This document shows, one piece after another, positions 40,929-55,735 of a stretch of 64,000 nucleotides of DNA (positions are counted from its first letter, which is position 1; the number at the start of each line of letters is the position of its first letter). The DNA comes from Octopus vulgaris (taxonomy: Eukaryota), in NCBI GenBank assembly GCA_951406725.2, contig OX597825.1:69874001-69938000 (forward strand), read 5' to 3'. Under the pieces are notes generated by a model that was not told the DNA's origin, did not search any database, and saw nothing but the letters and a program-made list of their open reading frames with translations. A program made the position numbers and the translations under genes.

Positions 40929-41174
40929 TGTGGGATAACCACTACTTTACTGTCTCCCCTTCTTCATACCACTCCTATGTGACACTCTGTTCGGCATATG
41001 CCATGATAGATCGATAGCCACTACACATTCTATATTTTCTCTCCTCGTTTCTTTCTGTGGAAGGACGTAGGCTCGAAACGTTAGACTTTTTCACTTCCCG
41101 AGTGTTAAACTAATACATCTGTTTGTTGCCTACACCACCTGTCTTCGTCTTGTGCTTTTTTTGTGAAATCTCCC

Positions 41175-41176
<2 letters not shown>
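40929..41176 (+). mobile_element. Probable Penelope-like 3' fragment between (TA)n tracts with decayed hammerhead-like motif
   Basis: Flanked by TA tracts on both sides. Contains ...gtggaaggacgtaggctcGAAACGTTA at about 41051-41086, with only the 3' half of the hammerhead core intact. Confidence 0.35.
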
Positions 41177-41253
<77 letters not shown>

Positions 41254-41604
41254 AATCCGTTGCCCCAAATTAGTTTTCCTGTAGGCTTTTTCACCACCTA
41301 GATCACTTTATCATTAAATCCATTGGTGAAAACGGAAGCAACCACCGTAAAAAAGAAAATCATCATTCCGTAAGTTAGATAAAATCGACTTGTTCATTGT
41401 CTTCTATCTTTTACTTGTTTCAGTCATTGGAGTTGTGGCTATGATAGGACAACCCCCAGAAGCTTTTCATTTGTAGAGTCAATTCGTTAATAGACTCCAG
41501 TACATAATTTTGTAAATGTCGTAATCATTCCAACAGGCTCAACGAATATCTAAGGTCCAACAAAGGTGGTAGACCAATCCTAACACAAAGACAACCCCCA
41601 TACA

Positions 41605-41842
41605 CAGAGTTGGCCAAAATTCACCTGACAGTAAATCAAAACCATTTAATTCAATTAATTAAAGCAAAAAAATATTTTGTATGAAACTTCGTTAATAAAT
41701 AGACAAATGTAGACAAAAATGGTGATTTTAACTTACAGCATTCAATTATTAAACATTCATAACTGGAATGAATAAATAAAATTTAATATTAAGTTTCTAC
41801 ACAATTTTTATTTACTTCCGAGTGACTTTTTGGCCAACCCTG
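41605..41842. mobile_element. Tc1/mariner-type MITE nested in a SINE
   Basis: TIRs CAGAGTTGGCCAAAATTCAC and GTGACTTTTTGGCCAACCCTG, right end followed by TA, AT-rich interior. Confidence 0.65.
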
Positions 41843-43149
41843 TATACATACACACGCATAGGTATAGATATAGATATACCATAAACGTCTTTCAGTTTCC
41901 TACAACCAAATCCGCTCAACACTTGCTTTCTCCCATAGCCCACAGGTATAGGAGACACAACATGCCCAAGATGCTTCGGAATGAAACTCAACCCGGAATC
42001 ATGTGGACAGTAATCAAACTTCTTACCACAGGATACTGCATGCGAATGTGAAGTGCGTTAGAATCAATGAAAGGTGAATAGTGACTAATTGAACTTCAGA
42101 ATATATGTTACACGAAAGTCTGTAATATAGTTCATGGAATCTGAATGAATGGAATTACAAAGATATTAATGAAGAGAAACACTCACACACACAGACCAAT
42201 ATACACAAATACAGATATAGATTACTGCTTCGGGGTGAGAAAACTATGTAGTGGAAGATTTGTGTATCTTAAATATTCTATGAATTCTGTCGGGAAACTT
42301 TTTCTGTATCGCAGTTGTGAAATGGAATTTTAACCAGAAATGTGTAGGTCTCCTTCGAGCAATGATTCAACATATTCTTTAACTCTGGAACGTATATTCT
42401 ACTTAAGATAAAATGTTATTGAATTCTCTTTTAACAACCAAATGTATGAAGCTTTCATTGCGTTTCTGTGAATGTCTGAATGAATACAAACCAGATAATA
42501 TCTGAACTTAAAGTGGTTTGCATTCATAACATGGGAAGTTTTTGAGTGGTTGATAAAAGTAATTTTAAATAAACGGAGTTAATAATTATATTCACTCCTG
42601 TACAATACGGTTGCTATATAATTTTCGACACGTCATTCAACTTCTTAGAAATCTTTACATCATAAATACAATCTATTAGATGATAATAAAAAAAAAATGT
42701 ACTATTAAAATTTTCCATATCATATCTCCAAAGGTTCGAGACTTCTAAGCTTGAACAAAATAAAATCAGCAAGAGACAGTACACAAGGTTCTGTAATTCT
42801 TGTGAAATCTCGAACGGCCCACCGGATTCTAACTGTTTGGCAAAACTTATAGTGTGCCAAGGCAAAGTTACCACTAGCAAGACTTTTAAAACTTATATAG
42901 ACGTGGCTGATTTAGAAGCAAACAAATTTCGTTGGTTTAATACATTTAGTTGTTAAAGTATCATTTTTTTAAATACTTTCATCGTAAATGAAATATATTC
43001 TGTACAGCTAAATATTCATGAAACCCAGTAATACTTACGTTATTTACTCTATTACAGGTGCCATTGTATGTTAAAATCTCGTTATTCAGCGTCCATTCAA
43101 AAGAGTTTCGCAACTGAATTCGTAAAGTATTTAAAACATACGATCAGAC

Positions 43150-43321
43150 ATGGCCATTTGCTTCACAAGCTCGCATCGCAGTCGCGTGGTTTCGGGTTCA
43201 ATTCCACTGCGTTGATCTTTGGACACAAATATCTTCTACGATAACCCGAGCTGACCAATGCCCGATACGTGAATTTTGTCGACGGAAACTGTGTAAAAGC
43301 CGTCTTATAAACACACATACA

Positions 43322-43418
<97 letters not shown>

Positions 43419-45050
43419 TGTATGTATATATATACATTTTTTATGCGTGTGTTACTCTGTGTTCACATCCTCTACTTGAAAAACGGTTTTGGTCTGTATA
43501 CGTACCCGAAACATGACGGTTCAGCAAAAGTGGTTGATAGAATAAGCACCATACTCTACAATAGCTACTAGATTCGATTTGTCGCGCTAAACTCTTGAAA
43601 GTGGTACCCCAGGGTGGCTGTCACCCAATAACTGAAATGAGGAAAAATTTTTAAATATAAATTTTTTCTTGTCCATAGTGTTAGCAGCAACGCTTCCTAC
43701 TTACATACCATACAGAGCAATGGAACTTGTGACTTAATGATTGCAGAATAAATTTCTTAACTATGTATTTTACCTTGCTAGCGTCCAGCAACGTAATAAC
43801 AATGGATAACGGTAAAACAAAGTCTGTACTAAAATTGCAACAATCATTGTTTAAAGGTGCTTGCTAGTTAATTAAATCCTATTGTTTCTTAATATGAATA
43901 AACGAAAAGAAAAACAAATAAAAGTATATCCTGACTTCTAAATATATAATTTCTATGTAGTTAATTATGTAACTTTCTGGAGAGAAATGGGTGTTATTGA
44001 GATACTTAGCTTTCACAAATAAATACATGAACAGCTTTCGTTATGTTAAAAATTTTTCTTGGCAGCCATGTATTTCTAAGTTCGTTATAAAAACACGGAA
44101 CCTAGGCCAGTGACCTGCATTTTAGCTTTGCAAGTACATTTTAAGTGAATGTGATTCGTGTGACAAGAACTGTTAAAAATGCTCATAATGTATTTTAGTG
44201 TGTGTGAGTGTATGCGCGTATGTATGTCTACACACACTCGCGAGCGCAGGCACATACTCTTACACATACACATACACACATATGTGTACATATCTACATA
44301 GAAGCAGGTGTGGTTTTATGCGTGTAGGAACAGATATGGCTATGTGGATATAGGCGCGGGTGTGGCTGTGTAGTAAGAAGCTTGCTTCTCAACCACATAG
44401 TTCCGGGTTCAGTTCCACTGCGTGGCACCTGTGGTGAGTCTCTTCTACACATACCAATGCTTTGTGGGTGGATTTCGTTGACGGAAACCGTAAAAGTCCT
44501 TGTAATATAGCGGTTCGACAAACGAAACTAATAAAATAAGTACTAGACTAAACAAGAAATTAAGCACTGAAATGAAGTTATTCAATAACCCTTTTCAAGA
44601 CGGTGCTCCATCATGGGCGCAGTCCACTGAAACAAAGGCATGGCTGCATAGTAAAAAGGTTGCTTCCCAACCTCATGATTGCGGGTTCAGTCCTAGTGCA
44701 TGGCACTTTGGGCAAGTGTCTTCTACTGTGGCCTCGAGCCAACCAATGCCTTGTGAGTGGATTTAATTGACGGAAACCGAAAGAAACACGTCATGTGTAT
44801 TTATGTGTGTATGTTTGTTTGTACTTGTGTGTGTGTCTGTGCCTGTGTCTCCGTTTGTTCTCCCCGCCCCTGCTATCGCTTGAGAACAGATACTGGGGTT
44901 TTTTCATGTCCCCGTAACTTGGCATTTCGACAAAGAGTCCGATAACATAAGTACTAGGCTTACAAAGAATAAGTCCTGGAGTCGATTTCTTCGACTAAAA
45001 CACTTTAAGGCGGTGCTCGAGCATGGCTACGTTCAAATGACTGAAGTAAT
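43150..45050 (+). mobile_element. Three decayed family A SINE copies (about 43150-43640, 44353-44635, 44636-45050)
   Basis: Recognisable head, cggaaac(t/c)g block and tail segments. Confidence 0.7.
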
Positions 45051-45951
45051 TAAAATTATATATATAAGCAGCTGATAACGGATATTTATGCTTCCTGAGC
45101 TTATTGACTGAAAACCTTTTGTAGGTAATATTCTTAAAGAGACATTGTCGAGTTAAACCTGTTTACGGGTTCTTGGTTTATTTTGTTGAATACACCATAT
45201 ATATATACATACACACACATTCACACAAACACGCACACGTTTTGTGTTAGAATGCATGTGTGTGTATTTGTGTATCTGTATATAATTTATATGCTTGTGT
45301 GTGTGTGTGTGTGTGTGTACGGGTGTTTTTATTATAACTTCACTGTATATCGCTGAACAATGCAAAAGTCGAAAATCCCGTGCTGTTTGGATGAAATGCA
45401 ATGTGTTCGAAATCCTCCCTTGGTTCGCTATAAACCAATGAACGTCGTTGTTAACCTGCGTCAGACTATTATTAAAAATCAGCGAATACATAAAGCTAAA
45501 TAGAGTACAGCCAGGCGTCCTTCATTATCATTTTTAATAACCGTATAAGCAGGGTATCGACTAATCACACGGATTACGTTAACTGCTGTTTAAATAAATT
45601 AATCATGCTAATTGGCAGTCTGCAGTTCATATATAGGTTGTAACAGATGGACTCAAGTTATTGAATATGCTAGAGGAGTGATTTCCTTGAAACTCTCTAC
45701 CATTGCAATTTGCATTATTTTTGTCCGTTGAAAGGTTGAGAGCTGATAGTACCGTCAATATGTCGGATAAATGCTTAGTGTCGTTTCTTCCGGCTCTTTA
45801 CGTTGTATGTTCAAATTAAGCGGAGGTCGAGTTTGCATTCCATCCTTTCGGGGTCGATAATGTTAAGTACTACTGCTGATGTAATCGACTAGCTCCCTGA
45901 ACTAAAATTTCAGGCCCTAGGGCCGAAAATAAAAATAAGATAAAATAAATG

Positions 45952-46190
45952 CGCCTGTTTAAAGCCTAGCCAGGCTCATGGGCCCGGTTTCCCGGTTTCT
46001 ATGGCGTATGTGTTCCCCAGGTGGACGGGACGCCAGTCCATCGCAGCGTTACTCATTTTTGCCAGTTGAGTGGACTGTAGCAACGTGAAGTCAAGTGTTT
46101 TGCTCAAGAACACAACGCGTCACCCGGTCCAGGAATCGAAACCACAATCTTACCATCATGATGCTGACCACCAAGCCACGCGCCTCCACA
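45952..46190 (-). mobile_element. SINE family C (tRNA head, gcgatggactggcgtcccgtcc block, gaaaccgggaaaccgggcccatgag tail)
   Basis: Homologous to 11615-11920 (-) and to the head-only copy at 59466-59582 (+). Confidence 0.8.
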
Positions 46191-46570
46191 GGGCCGATAA
46201 TACAAAGGCTTATTTAAGGCGGCGAGCTAGCAGTATCGATAGCACGCCGGAAAAAAAAATACTTAGTGTTATTTCGTCTGTCTATACATTCTGAGTTCAA
46301 ATTCCGCCGTGGTCGACTTTACCTTTCATTTTTTCGATGTCAATAAAATAAATACTAGTTGAGCACTGCAATGATCTAACTGAAAGGAAAGTGTTAATTT
46401 CGGCAAGCTGTTGTATTATCAACTGAAGTTTTGCAAAATCAACGACAGAAATAAAGAGGTTTTGATTAAATTTGCTTGAAAATGGCATGAGTAAATTTTT
46501 CTTGCATGAATGATTATTGCATTAACATGGCAGAAAGAGAAACAAATGATAGGACCGAATATATGTATGC

Positions 46571-46619
<49 letters not shown>

Positions 46620-47799
46620 TATGTATATGTTTGTGTGTGTGTTTATATAAGCTAAAATTTAAAACTAAACGCATAAATAATGTTATTTTGATGAATCAAA
46701 TATGAGTGGGCGGTTTGGCATCCTTGTAAACATGGTTGGAACATCATGTTTCATCATCACCATTATCATCATAATCACCTCCACCACAACCACCACCACA
46801 ACCACCACCATCAACAGCAACAACAACAACAACACGAGTACCAAAATTAACATTAACAATCTCCTTACTATTATAAATTAAATTATTATTAACTATAGCT
46901 ATAAAAATATATGTGTATATATTTCGGAAAATGATAGATAATATAAAAACCATTTACTAAATAGCTATTCATTTTCTTGTGCCATTATTTTCCACCCACG
47001 AAATTTCTGAGTTATAACAACCATCCTCCAACTACAGTATCTATAAACAGTCAACTAACACTACCAAATATAAAGCTATACACCCGTAAGGCGGCGAACT
47101 GGCAGAAACTTTAGCGCCACAGGCGAAATGCTTATCGGTATTTCGTCTGTCTTTACGTTCTGAGTTCAAATTCCGCCGAGGCTGACTTTGCCTTTCATTC
47201 TTTCGGGGTAGATTACATAAGTATCAGTTACGCACTGGGGGTCGATCTAATCGACTTAATCCGTTTGTCTGTCCATGTTTGCCTTCTCTGTGTTTAGCCC
47301 CTTGTGGATAGTAAAGAAATAGGTATACACCCGTTATTGGAAAACATGTATGATATTCACCTGCGACACAAATATTCCTTCTAGCTTTCCAACACCTCCT
47401 AAATTAGATATTGGCCAAGAACAGTTCAAACTACTGAAACCTACAGCCTTTTATATACCCAGCTACGTGATTCTGCATGTAATATTTTTGCTAATACAAA
47501 CATAATTTAGTTTTGGTGCCATCTCTTCTTCAAATGCATATTTTTTTTTACTTACATGCAAAAAGATCCATACATGTATAACCACCATTACATACGCACA
47601 GTTGCCAGTGATAAATATTAAGGAAAGTCAAAGGTTTTACAGTATTTGCGAACGCGCTACTTTGCGGCATGTATATCACGTAACCGTAGCAGCACAAGCC
47701 GCGAAAGGTGTCCGCTTAGGTTGGTAGTATCGTGTTAGTTGGTGCATTGGTATACTCTGCATTGCTTCACTCCATCTGTGATTTGAAAGCCACATAGAT

Positions 47800-48425
47800 G
47801 AACGTGCAACGCAGTCTAATTCGAGTCCCTATGCTTTTCGAGTTCGAATTAGGCCATACCGCCACAGAAGCAACCAAAAACTTTTGCTGTGCGAAAGGGG
47901 AAGTCACAGCTGGCTACAATACAGAAACCAGATGGTCCAAGAAATTTCAATCGAGTTGCAAGTAACTCAGCGATCAGGCAAGGTCAGGAATATTTATGAA
48001 CGTGGATTCCAAGGACGTGCTCCAAGCCAAAGCAACAAATCCGAAGATTTGCACTTGGAGAGTATCGGATGATGTATACAATTATGCGTCAAAAATACCC
48101 AGAAATGGTTATTAAAAGGTGAGCTTTTCTGCAGCAAGCCAACACAAGACCTCTTACCATTCGAACGACCTAGAATTAACATCTGAAACTTGAGAGGATC
48201 GAACCGATGCCGCACACAGCATATAGATCCCTCGGATTATTACTTCTTCCGTTCCGTGATTCAATTCCTGCGCCCACGACGTATCATCAACCGAGAGTAG
48301 ATAGTCGCTTCAGTGAAGGAGTCCTTTGCCTCAAAGTACAAGAACTGGTATGAGCATAGAATCAAAGAACTTTCAGAAAGGTGGCTTAAGACGGTAGAAA
48401 AATATGGCCCCTAATTTGAGTACTA
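47800..48425 (+). mobile_element. Mariner transposase pseudogene (internally deleted)
   Basis: MLFEFELGHTATEATKNFCCAKGE...RWSKKFQS (HTH), then DPSDYYFFRS and FASKYKNWYEHRIKELSERWLKTVE, typical mariner N- and C-terminal motifs, with stops. Confidence 0.75.
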
Positions 48426-48569
48426 GACTGCTTTTGTTGTAACTTCACAAATAAAGGGAAAAGGTTACCAAAATATTGCCAAACTCAAAGTGATACTTAC
48501 TTATGCATATATTCGTGTATATAAACACGTACATAGGCACACACATGCACGAATATATATATATATACG

Positions 48570-48602
<33 letters not shown>

Positions 48603-48606
48603 ATTC

Positions 48607-48637
<31 letters not shown>

Positions 48638-48744
48638 TCTATATATATAATATCAGGATAATAAAGATTTTAGAAATTTTACTACTAATGGCCTACCGTA
48701 TAGAAAAGTTAGTCAATAGACTATATATTATTCATGTAAAATGC

Positions 48745-48870
48745 AGTGTACATTTAAACACATAAGAAATGTCCATTATAGGATTCTCTTACGCTAGAAG
48801 GACTTTAGCTGTTCCTTCTAGCGTAAGGGAGTCCTATGATGGACACCTCTTATGTGTTTAAATGTACACT
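48745..48870. repeat. Hairpin, 58 bp arms, 10-nt loop
   Basis: 48745-48802 pairs with 48813-48870 with five mismatches. Confidence 0.9.
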
Positions 48871-49106
48871 ATATATTATATGAATTATATATATATATAT
48901 ACATATATATATATGTGTGTGTGTGTGCGATTGTGCGTGTGTGTGTGTATGTACAAGTTTAATGTGTACTGGCGGAAACAAGTACACAACTCTATTGGAA
49001 AGATTAATAATACTCTGTTTTGTTTGGGTCAGTTTATTGTTACTGGCAGCATATGTGGATCTATATACTAGAAACATCACTCTAGAAAGCATTCAATATA
49101 TATATA

Positions 49107-49199
<93 letters not shown>

Positions 49200-49273
49200 C
49201 GTAGTTTCAGCAATCTTCTTTCTGCTTCGTCTGAAAAGGACGGAGATCGCGCAAAATTCGAAATTGCTGATAA

Positions 49274-49350
<77 letters not shown>

Positions 49351-49479
49351 TATATAAATAATGTATCTATGTACACACACACACGCCCAAGCACGCACGC
49401 ACACACATACACACACGCATGCAGACACACACATATGTATGTATATATATATGTATGTATATATATATATATATATATG

Positions 49480-49663
<184 letters not shown>

Positions 49664-49737
49664 ATATATATTATCATGCAGTATAGTAGTTACTTAGTTT
49701 TGCTGTGCAACCCGCTAGTCATCTCTGATGATATCGG

Positions 49738-49808
<71 letters not shown>

Positions 49809-50398
49809 TGTACAATGTATATTCATTGCAGTTCATGCTTTTTCTGCAATACGATACAGGGCCATATATATCTAAGACTCTCAACATTATCATGTATATG
49901 TCTGTACACATATATTTGTATATCTGTGAAAGTGTGAGTTTGTCTATTTGACTCTGTGTGTCTGTGAGTTTTTTTTTGTTTTTTTTAACGTCATTGTTTC
50001 TTTGCGGGATATTTCGACTTGTGCTTACAACATGCTACGTCCCCCTTTGTATAAAGAGAATTAACTAAGCATTTCGATAAATAGCAATCGATAAAATGAT
50101 TATGAGACTTGAATAAGTTTCTGCGTTGAAACGATTGACTGAAAATGCTTAACGCTTGCGCTCCAGAATGACCGCAGTCTACTGACTGAAACTAGTCAGT
50201 GAAATAATCTGGTACGTGCGAGTACACCAGATTTTCAAAGGGATAGTCGGAATGCTGAATGTATCAGTGTTCAAAATGATTTTATTTTAATTTTTATAAA
50301 TTATTGTTGTCATTACAATATACGAACGAATACTATAAACTTGTGTTGGCAAGACAGAAACTGTGTGGAGGCCGGTCGATAGACTATACCTATACTTA

Positions 50399-50630
50399 AG
50401 GCGGCGAGCTGGCAGAAACGTTAGCGCGCTGGGCGAAATGCTTAGCAGTATTTCGTCTGCCGTTACGTTCTGAGTTCAAATTCCGCCGAGGTCGACTTTG
50501 CCTTTCATCCTTTCGGGGTCGATAAATTAAGTACCAGATACGCAATGGGGGTCGATATAATCGACTTAATCCGTTTGTCTGTCCTTGTTTGTCCCCTCTG
50601 TGTTTAGCCCCTTGTGGGCAGTAAAGAAAC
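50399..50630 (+). mobile_element. SINE family D (ggcggcgagctggcagaaacgttagc head; gtcgactttgcctttcatcctttcggggtcgataaa Nin-like central block)
   Basis: Closely similar copies at 47090-47325, 46218-46370 and 63585-63960 (+) and at 54484-54885 (-). Confidence 0.85.
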
Positions 50631-52472
50631 ATATACCTATACTTGGGCGGTATTTGATAGACGTAGCCCGTTGCCCGGTTGAATACTATCACTTGGTTCT
50701 TAAGTTTGCTCTGTTGCCAGCATTTCAACAATATCGGCTGTTTGAGATCGTTTTCCTCCCTTTCTTTCTTCAGAATCGAGGATCCTGAAAATCGCCTGAA
50801 CTACTCCTTATAAATAATTTTCAAATTAAATTTTAAACAAATGTTGTTTCCTCTCCTCTCATTATGTCGCTTCAGTGAAAAGTGAAATTTAAAAAAAAAA
50901 AACATTTTTTTTTCTCATTCAGAAAAGCTAGATTACAATCGCTCTACTATATTTTAAGCTGTGGTATTTATGAATTCTCTTGGTGCCAACGAATGTACTT
51001 TAATTTTTTTTTCATTTTTTTTCGTTTTGACTCAAATTTGAAATGAAAATGTGTATATATATATTTTTTTGAGATTACATTAAGTAAAATGTGTAAAACC
51101 AGTTGTTGGTAGATCTCTTTTGGTAAAAGCATTGATAATAATTTTGAGAAAAAACTATATTTGTGTTATATAGTTGTATATTACTTATGAATGATATTAC
51201 GACTGGCTTTAAGGATATACAAAATATAATTCATGGAGGATCATACTGGATCCGTCTCATTCAATTTTCACCATTTTGTTTGTTTATGGAGGATTTATTT
51301 TATGCAGAAGTGTTCTATGCACGAAAAGAACTACCCGGAGACGAAAAAAAAAATTATCTTTGCTATGTTGTATGAATAACAAAAAGCTTCTCAATAAACA
51401 CATTTTTTTATACTTATTTGTTTCTTAATTTTTTTGAAGTACTTTTGTTTACATATTTTTGGAAAAATATTCATACAAATAAATATAGAAATTTACCTGG
51501 ATTCGGATAAACCAAATAGCAATTAATTTTGTATAGATAATATTTATCTATATCTTAGAAGAAAAGCTATTGCTTTCGATATTGTCTAAGTTATTTAAGA
51601 GGCGGATTTTTTACAACAAACTCTATGAACACTAGATAAAGAAATAGGACGTTATCTGAAAGTATATTTATATCAATAACCTACAAACATCTAGCGAATA
51701 TTCGCCTTCAGAAAAACCAATATTTCGAACCTTACGACGTGATATATTCTATTTCTTATTTTCCACAAAATCCACGTCTACGAAACTCGATAAACATTAG
51801 TTTAATATTGATTGATTTTGTGGAAGATTCGTATATTTACTCATTGGCTGAACAGAAAGCTAGGCTGTTCACACAATACTATATTTCAGCAAGAGACTGT
51901 TGGTGGATTATATCTTCCAGGCAGATTTATATATTGGCTTCAGTAAGCTGCTAATTGAATTGCAGGACAGTTTTCACACACCAATCAATTGTGTAGTTTC
52001 TTTTTATTATCTATATTTTTTCCTATACATCAAATACAAATTCAATATCCATTTCATTTCATCTAATAAATCTAAATTCAAATTATTATTGAGTCATATT
52101 TTGGAGACTTATCACTAATATACCACACGAACTAAACAATATATAGTTTTCCTTAAAAGTGTTATTACATATGGTAAGTGATATATGAACAAATAAAATG
52201 AATAAAGCTCCTGGCATTTGAAATGGACAAAATATTTCACAAACCGAGCTTATTAGAAATATATTGCACGTCAAATAAACAGACTATATATGTGTGTATG
52301 TAGATACATAGATATATATGTAGATGTATACATATATATATGTACATATATATATATATATATATATATGGTTATACACACATACACACAATATATATAT
52401 ATATAAATATACCTATATACATATATTTACATACATATATATACACACATATATATACATGCATTTATATAC

Positions 52473-52505
<33 letters not shown>

Positions 52506-54483
52506 CACATTTATACAGATACATATATATATATACATAAATATATACATACATATGTATTTATATATTAATATATATATATATATATACACATACATAT
52601 ATATACATACATATACATAAATACATAAATGTATATATGTACATACATATATATACATATATACATACATATACATTATACACACACACACATATATATA
52701 TATAAACATATATACATACATATATATACATGTATACACATATATTTATACATATATATATATATATATATACATACATATATATATGTGTATGCATATA
52801 CACTTATATATAGTGGTTGGGACTAACTTCAACTCAAATATAAAGATTTATAACTAAGGTCTGATTGATAAACATTTCGTACTCAATCCCTGGAACAAAT
52901 AGTTATTTGATAGAAATAACTTAAATATAAGTACCAGTCCTGCATGAAAATGAAAGATTTAATAAAAAGATACCCTAAAAAAATAGTGTAAATTGTGTTG
53001 TAGTAACAAAGATTTATAGCCTCTGAATCAGTTTTGCAATGCTAATGTAATTTGTGCGTAGACAGCGAATATTATAAAAAAATGGCGGAATGTAAATTCA
53101 AAATTCTAATATAGTTAAATCAGATTTCTTCTGTCAGGAGCATAAATATTCAAGGCGGAACAAATATACCCAGTTAAAGATATAGGTTGACTGACTGGAA
53201 TTAATTTTGGCATCAAAAGGATAATGCTGAAAGAAGGCAATCGAACACAAATTGAGCAAAATGACGCATAAGTAATTTAAAAGTATAAATATTAGACTAA
53301 GCAATCTCTAATTTACGCGCTTCACAGACTGCTTTTTGTAAGAGACTAGAAAAAATAGGACCAGCTCGTTAATGAAGCTATTTCATCTCGGATAATAAGA
53401 ACATCTGAATTTCCTGTACACCCAAACTTACAGAAAATGTGAGGAATTATTTGTCTCTTCTACGGAAGCTAAACATCTAATCATAATTATAATCATATTT
53501 ATGCTCAATCGAGGAAGATTTGAAGAAAAAGTCTATTATTCAAGTGTTAAGATGGTTGCCGTAAATGAATACTTCGCAATAAAATAGTATTTAATTTCAG
53601 CACAAGTCCACAGATTATGGGCAAAGGTATTCCACTGCTATACCGTTTGTCGGTCCTTGTTCGTCCCCTCTGTGTTTAGCCCCTTGTGGGTAGTAAAGAA
53701 ATAGGTATTCCACTGCTACTTAGCTTCGAATTATGAAATCCACACGATGTATAGCGGTTTCCGGAAACAGAACATAAAATGGAGTAACTGAAAAGAAGTA
53801 AGGCTCTTTAGCTTTTTCCGCTATTTATATATGCAAAACAATCCTACATTTTGCTTCTAAATTTAAATGATATCTCATTTGAACTATGTACAGTTTTGTT
53901 CAAACATCTGATTACATATATGAAGTTTAGTATTTCTTTAAATATACTTTCAAGTGTAGATTATACCTAATTATCTACAATATATTACCAAATAAAAAAA
54001 ATGTTCATGAGTTTATTTTGCATATTATTATTTATAACTGATAACATTTTATTTCATAATTTCACCTATATCCTGTTTCAGTTTACGTGAATTTACGGAA
54101 TTGTCATTTGTACAAATGTACAAATCTTTGCTTTACTCGGTATTCAACTCACGAATAAAAAGATATCAAATGATCTGAACGTTAGTGCTGTCCAGAAAAC
54201 TGTGTTTCAATTTCGTCAGACAGTTGGTAATATGAATTTATCGGTGGATTGCATATACCTTGTGGCTAACACTTCGAAATGATCATACGATTTATCGTCT
54301 TTATGTTGTGTCGCCACTTAATTCTAGGAGTGCCAAGCAATGGCAGCTGCCACAAACAGTAAAATAGTCAGGATAATTCCCTAGGCTTAACCCTACGGAA
54401 AATGCACGGAAATGATATAAAAAGTAAGAACATTGCAATTTATAATGTTTTATCAATAGTTGCTTTCAAAGAGAATATATATT

Positions 54484-54885
54484 TCTTTATTGCAAACAAG
54501 GGGCTAAACATAGAGGGGACAAACAAGGACAGACAAACGGATAAAGTCGATTACATTGACCCCAGTGCGAAACTGGTACTTTATTTATCGACCCCCAAAG
54601 GATGAAAGACAAATTCGACCTCGGCGGAATTTGAAATCAGAATATAACGACAGACGAAATACCTATTTCTTTACTACCCATAACGGGCTAAACACAGAGA
54701 GGAAAAACAAGGACAGACACACAGATTAAATCGATTATATCGACCCCAGTGCGTAACTGGTACTTATTTAATCGACCCCGAAAGCCAAAGTCGACCTCGG
54801 CGGAATTTGAACTCACGACGTAACGACAGACGAGATACCGCTAAGCATTTCACCCGGCGCGCTAACGTGTCTGCCAGCTCGCCAC
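54484..54885 (-). mobile_element. SINE family D, tandem dimer
   Basis: Two consecutive reverse-complement copies of the family D body and tail. Confidence 0.8.
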
Positions 54886-55512
54886 CATCTGGTTTCAAAG
54901 AGAATATACTGAATGTTTGGACAGAGGAGTTTACTGCAGATCATTAAAAGCAATTGGTCAGAAGCGTGACTGATCATTCAATAGATCATCGATTTCTGAC
55001 CATATTGCTGTCGTCTTGGAGAAAAACGGTTATTATAGAAACTATCGAATAGTATAACATTGATATTTGTATGTTTGTAAAATACTTCCAGGCGATGCGA
55101 TAACTTCATTACGACGCTTATTGCTTGTTATCCATCACATTATCAATTACACTATAAAACATTATTTTCCCGATGCATTCACAATTTAGATCATAAATGT
55201 ACAATACTCGTACTTAGTATATCAAATACATAGTAATTAATTCCAAAGTTAATACCAGCGCCCTTTCAAAAAGTGACGTTGCACAAATTGGCAAGTGGCT
55301 TCTCTCTTCGTTGGTGATACTGTATTCAGTCATTTTTGGACGAATATATCTGTAGTGAACTTTACTTTGGTTGCAGCATATTCAAGGGGTGCTCGCAAGT
55401 CTTACAAATGTCACAATGGACGAGCTGTGAAGACTAGATCATCGGCATAGTCAAGCTCAGAGAGAGGCAGACTCTGTTGACGTTTTGATAACCTGTAATT
55501 TCATACAGGAGA

Positions 55513-55735
55513 TGTTAGTTAGCTAGTTAGTTAGTTAATTTGGCTCAAAAGCAAATAGCAAGGCCATGTAGGGGGACATGGAGTTAAGTACAGGGTGGTG
55601 TTCATGTAAAGAGTTCAGGCCACTTGAGGTCAAGGGAGGCTTTGAACAAAGCGGTCGTCGGCATCTTCACCATCTCGTCTGGCAGCTTGTTCCACGGATC
55701 CGCAACCCGGACGGAGAAAGCTCCTCTCCTTCGAT
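55513..55735 (-). mobile_element. CR1-clade LINE 3' end
   Basis: Minus frame RRRGAFSVRVADPWNKLPDEMVKMPTTALFKASLDLKWPELFT* matches the F..RV...WN.LP...FK..LD CR1 C-terminus. Followed by a short UTR and a (CTAA)n tail. Confidence 0.8.

Noticed and set aside
50820-51420. 3'UTR-like AT-rich block with AATAAA
   Set aside because: No associated coding exon, and AATAAA is expected by chance at this composition.
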